Shown one piece after another: positions 37,031-40,339 of a DNA stretch of 40,339 nucleotides. A program made the translations under genes and the position numbers. Source of the stretch: a virus (lineage: Duplodnaviria > Caudoviricetes); the IMG/VR virus record IMGVR_UViG_3300025160_000012, positions 1 through 40,339 of that record; one strand, given 5' to 3'. The notes beneath the pieces are model-generated. The model searched no databases and was not told where the DNA came from. It saw nothing but the letters and a program-made list of their open reading frames with translations. The stretch's first letter is position 1. The number at the start of each line of letters is the position of its first letter.

Positions 37031-37851
37031 TGGATCTCCGCTCCGCTCGTTGCGACCTGCTCTTGCTCGATCTCTGCACCTCCGTTGTGCTTCGCCTTTC
37101 GGTGCCGGGCGATCACGCTGCCCAGCACCGCCTTCACCCATCCGTCCCGCACCGACCCATCGCGGGGATTGCGCAGCGGCCCGCCGGCTCGTCCCGGCGC
37201 GCGCTCCGCGATCTCCAGCAGCTCCAGCCAGTCCTCCTCCAGTGCGCCGGCCGCCCATTCGAAGCCGGGCAGAACGGGCCCGCCGTCGCGCGTCCCGCCG
37301 AAGATCGCCTTCATGCGCTTGCCGTCCGGCGGATAGCCGAGCAGCGCCGCGACGCGGCCGCGCGTCTCGGCGGTAACGGCCGGCTTGCGCAGCTCCTCGA
37401 GGAAGGCGTGGTGACTGTAGTCGAGCATGCCGCGGCACGTGCAGCCCTGCGGCGTCAGGTCGCAGCGGTTGCCGCGCTGCGCCGCCTCGGCCTGCATGCG
37501 GGCCAGGGCCCGGTCCGACGCCGCCAGGCGCTCCTCGTCGGCGCGGCGAGCGGCGCGCCTCGCCTCCCGGAACAGCCGCCGATAGCGCCGTGCGTCCTCC
37601 ATCCGTCCGGCGGCAGCGGCCTGCGTGGCAAGTGCGAAGAGGTCACGATCGCCCAGCCTGGTCAGCTCCGAGTCGGGCAGCACTGCGGCTTCGTCCAGCC
37701 GACGATCTCTCGAGTACGATCGGTCGGTCGGTGTAGGATCTTCTTGACCGGGAGAAAGGGATCGATCTACACCGACCGACCGATCGTCAGAGACAGATCG
37801 ATGTGTCGATCTGGGGATGGGGTAGGGGAAGAACGAACATTGTGCGAACAT
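37027..37851 (-). CDS. replication initiator, C-terminal part (or coupled second gene)
   Basis: PYPIP linker typical of phage initiators; TGATG overlap with the upstream ORF; frame open from about 37932. Confidence 0.6.
   Translation of the reverse strand: MFAQCSFFPYPIPRSTHRSVSDDRSVGVDRSLSPGQEDPTPTDRSYSRDRRLDEAAVLPDSELTRLGDRDLFALATQAAAAGRMEDARRYRRLFREARRAARRADEERLAASDRALARMQAEAAQRGNRCDLTPQGCTCRGMLDYSHHAFLEELRKPAVTAETRGRVAALLGYPPDGKRMKAIFGGTRDGGPVLPGFEWAAGALEEDWLELLEIAERAPGRAGGPLRNPRDGSVRDGWVKAVLGSVIARHRKAKHNGGAEIEQEQVATSGAEIH
37716..37787. repeat. perfect 21-bp inverted repeat with 30-nt spacer (candidate origin element)
   Basis: acgatcggtcggtcggtgtag (37716-37736) and ctacaccgaccgaccgatcgt (37767-37787). 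Confidence 0.9.
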
Positions 37852-37905
37852 CACAACCTGTTCGCCTCCTGTTCGTCCGAACATTCCGCGAACTCCGTGC
37901 GAACA
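37834..37905. repeat. iteron-like CGAACW repeats (about 7 copies, both orientations)
   Basis: cgaaca/tgttcg/cgaact cluster inside the replication gene. Confidence 0.65.
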
Positions 37906-38291
37906 GCTTCCAGGTGGCCATTTCGGGCGAGCTCAGCGGAGATAATGGGTGGTTTGGGGGCGCCGCCTCGCCTGGCGGCCCGCATGTCGGCCATGCGGTC
38001 TCGGGCCTCCTCCCTCCGTCGTCGGACGTCGTCGGAAGAAGGGTTGTACATCAGGTAGTCGTGGATGGTCCAGCCATCATCGGCTCGGTCCCAGAGCCCC
38101 GCGCGGACGAGCTCGGCAGCATCGCGGCGGGTGCCGTTGAGTCCAGGGAGCGCCGCCTTCGGTACCGCGCCGTCCGTCGCGTGGCGGGCCGCATAGCATA
38201 GGCCGGCCATGTGGAGGTGAAAGGCGGCGAGCGACAGCTTGACAATCTTTGGGTGATCGACAAAACCGTCATCGATGCGAATCCAGGTCAC
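37851..38291 (-). CDS. phage replication initiator, N-terminal part
   Basis: MTWIRIDDGFVDHPK...GLCYAARHATDG...GLW...GWTIHDYLMYNPS; AGGAGGAG SD. Confidence 0.82.
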   Translation of the reverse strand: MTWIRIDDGFVDHPKIVKLSLAAFHLHMAGLCYAARHATDGAVPKAALPGLNGTRRDAAELVRAGLWDRADDGWTIHDYLMYNPSSDDVRRRREEARDRMADMRAARRGGAPKPPIISAELARNGHLEAVRTEFAECSDEQEANRL

Positions 38292-38578
38292 CGCACGCTC
38301 CTCCTAGCCCGCGCCGCGTCCGGATGCAGCGCCCTGCGGCTCCCCGGGCGCTCGTCCGGCAGCGACCGCCCGTACTCGTAGAGCAGCTGCGCCGTCGTCG
38401 CGCAGTGGTTCAACCGGCGCGCGAGCTGCAAACGCCCCTCGATCGTCACACGGTTCAGCCTTTCCAGCTCCGCCACGTCCTTGATCCTGGCGCCGCAGCG
38501 CAGCAGGTCGAGGACGCGGCGCTGCTCGCCGGTGACCACCAGCGGCTTGCGCGGCTGCGCGGCGCGATCGCCGCTCAT
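38288..38578 (-). CDS. LuxR-type HTH protein
   Basis: TGEQRRVLDLLRCGARIKDVA...TIEGRL...TTAQL. Confidence 0.75.
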   Translation of the reverse strand: MSGDRAAQPRKPLVVTGEQRRVLDLLRCGARIKDVAELERLNRVTIEGRLQLARRLNHCATTAQLLYEYGRSLPDERPGSRRALHPDAARARRSVR

Positions 38579-38796
38579 GGCGTCTCTCCCGCCGCGCCGG
38601 CAGCGCCTCGACGCTCACGCCGCACATGGAAGTTGGGCGGGCCGTCCAAGCCGACGCGCACGCGCCTGGCAGCATCGCCCGGCCGCCGGAATAGACCGAA
38701 GCGAAGCTCCTCGCCCATATGCGCTATCACGATCACATCATCGCCTGCGCCGCCGCCTTCAACCGTGCTGACGTTGACCTGGATGCAGAGCGTCAC
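38575..38796 (-). CDS. divergent CsrA/RsmA-like RNA-binding protein
   Basis: RVRVGLDGPPNFHVRRE resembles the CsrA consensus VRIGIxAPxxVxVHREE; 73 aa. Confidence 0.55.
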   Translation of the reverse strand: MTLCIQVNVSTVEGGGAGDDVIVIAHMGEELRFGLFRRPGDAARRVRVGLDGPPNFHVRRERRGAAGAAGETP

Positions 38797-40037
38797 GGCG
38801 CCGCCTCCGAAGGCACGCCGGCGTACAGAATGGCGCTGCTCGGCTTCCCGGCCGGGAACTCATCGCATGTCCTGCCGTCCAGCAGCCGCCCGCCAGTGGT
38901 CGGCCGCGGCCCGCCCCACTGTTTGAACAGGAAGGGAACGCCCGCCGCCCCGCACTGGTCGCGCAGCGAGCGCACCCAGGCGAGGCCGTCCCGCGTCGGA
39001 CGCCAGTTACTGCCGTCGCAATGAGCGCAGAACGCCAGCCGGGTATCGTGCCACGGCTGCACACACGGTTCTACCAGCCGCCGCTCCGGCGGCCCGCCGC
39101 TCTCGCCGCCAGCGATCACCCAATCGATGCCGTTCCAGCCGAGCTTCTTCCCGCCAGCTTTCACGACATCGCGCAGCGCGTACTGCAGGGCTTCGATGCG
39201 CGGTGCAGGTCCACAGATCCTCGCGACTGGCAGCGTCCATTGCATCAGGTCAACCGGCCCCAGCAGCGGCTCCGCGCTCACGAACCGCACGGCCGCCGGT
39301 GTCTCCAGCAGCAGCGGGATGCGCTCGTCCGCCGAGCGCTGGTTCTCGACGCTGACGCCTGCCTGTACGTTCGGGAGCGGCCAGCACCAGTTTTCCGGCG
39401 CGTACCAATCGGCGTGCTTATCCTGGAGGCGCTGGCGCGTCGGGTGCGCAGCCAAGCGCTCCAGGTCGGCGGCGATCTTGGGCGGGACTATGTGGCGAAT
39501 GAGCTGCGACCTTTCTGGATCGCTGAGGTAAGCCAGCATCCGCTCAGGCCGTTTCGTCAGTACCTGGAATGTGTGCTGCCAGGCCGCCCGCATTCGCGCG
39601 AAGACCTGATCGATGAACTCGTCCGGCACGTCTTCGTGGAACAGGTCGCTCATGCTGTTGACGAAGATGCGCCGGGGGCGCCGCCAGCGCAACGGCGCGT
39701 CGAGCCGGTCGGGAAGGAGCTGCACACGCGTAAAGGGCAGATCATACTGCGCCGGCAGGGGCATTCGCACCCCCAGCGAGCGCCCGCGCGCAGCCCAGCC
39801 CTCCGGCGGCGCGCCGACCCGTTGCACGTTCTGCCGCCAGCCCTCCCACCCTCGTATGTGGCGGCTCCCGTCTTCAACCAGCCCGCTCAACATCATCCCC
39901 GCCTGCATGTTCGCCTTATAGCGCCGGTTGTGCAGCTTGAGCGCGTAGCAGTTGTCGCAGCCGGGCGACACGCGCGCGCACCCGGCGATGGGATTCCATG
40001 TTGCGTCGGTCCACTCGATGCCCGTCTTATCGCCCAT
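38793..40037 (-). CDS. phage Gp37/Gp68 family (DUF5131) radical-SAM-like protein
   Basis: TGIEWTDATWNP, GCARVSPGCDNCYA, FVNSMSDLFHE, LTKRPER, SAEPLLG, GGESG, FKQWGG. Confidence 0.93.
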   Translation of the reverse strand: MGDKTGIEWTDATWNPIAGCARVSPGCDNCYALKLHNRRYKANMQAGMMLSGLVEDGSRHIRGWEGWRQNVQRVGAPPEGWAARGRSLGVRMPLPAQYDLPFTRVQLLPDRLDAPLRWRRPRRIFVNSMSDLFHEDVPDEFIDQVFARMRAAWQHTFQVLTKRPERMLAYLSDPERSQLIRHIVPPKIAADLERLAAHPTRQRLQDKHADWYAPENWCWPLPNVQAGVSVENQRSADERIPLLLETPAAVRFVSAEPLLGPVDLMQWTLPVARICGPAPRIEALQYALRDVVKAGGKKLGWNGIDWVIAGGESGGPPERRLVEPCVQPWHDTRLAFCAHCDGSNWRPTRDGLAWVRSLRDQCGAAGVPFLFKQWGGPRPTTGGRLLDGRTCDEFPAGKPSSAILYAGVPSEAAP

Positions 40038-40339
40038 GCGCGACTGCCACCTCGTTCGTGATCTGCGCGAGCAGCTCTGCGCCATGCGGCGTCAGCGAGC
40101 CCGGCACGAGCCGAAACCGCACGACCCAGAGCTGTTCGGGGAAGGCGTGCCAGAGCCGCCAGAGGGCGCGCGCCGTGGGCGCCTCCGGGCCGCTGCCGAG
40201 GCGAAGGGCGCGCTCCTGCATCCAGGCCAGCCCTTCGGCGACGTAGTCGGACAGCGGCGCGGCGGCGCTGCTCTCCTTGCGCGGCGCTTCCGTCAGCTCG
40301 ATCAAGGCGACCGGCTGGCCGCCGAAGCGGGGCGAGCGG
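40027..40339 (-). CDS. partial ASCH/PUA-like protein (N-terminus outside the window)
   Basis: Frame open to the right edge: RSPRFGGQPVALIELT...DYVAEG...LWVVRF. Confidence 0.55.
   Translation of the reverse strand, partial: RSPRFGGQPVALIELTEAPRKESSAAAPLSDYVAEGLAWMQERALRLGSGPEAPTARALWRLWHAFPEQLWVVRFRLVPGSLTPHGAELLAQITNEVAVAHGR

Overview
The window is most of a ~70% GC temperate siphovirus genome (HK97-type head, non-contractile tail). Its terminase and capsid look actinophage-like and no spanins are evident, so the host is probably a monoderm such as Actinomycetota or Chloroflexota; this cannot be determined from the sequence. Almost all genes run on the minus strand, right to left: early/replication genes (ASCH-like, Gp37/Gp68, CsrA-like, LuxR-like HTH, split replication initiator, transglycosylase), packaging (truncated TerL, HNH, TerS, TerL), portal, ClpP-type protease, capsid and decoration genes, connectors, a methyltransferase plus a glycosyltransferase, tail tube, chaperones, tape measure, tail tip, a collagen-like fibre, a GT2-TPR glycosyltransferase, holins and an amidase endolysin. 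A plus-strand repressor/tyrosine-recombinase block abuts the lysis cassette, as in an unintegrated genome. The most unusual observations are: (1) a separate small gene carrying a protein-conserved copy of the tape-measure N-terminus, and a translationally coupled truncated second TerL, both possible decoys; (2) a probable virion glycosylation module (Gly-X-Thr collagen fibre, GT2-TPR, CgeB-like GT, methyltransferase); (3) an integrase lacking a canonical start (ACG start or -1 fusion to the repressor), plus other ACG/CTG starts; (4) a prepilin-like leader on the capsid protein; (5) twin hairpins with identical 10-nt loops after the capsid gene; (6) an overprinted nested membrane gene; (7) an endolysin with an internal start; (8) two antisense morons. 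All family assignments come from motifs recognised by eye, with no database search.
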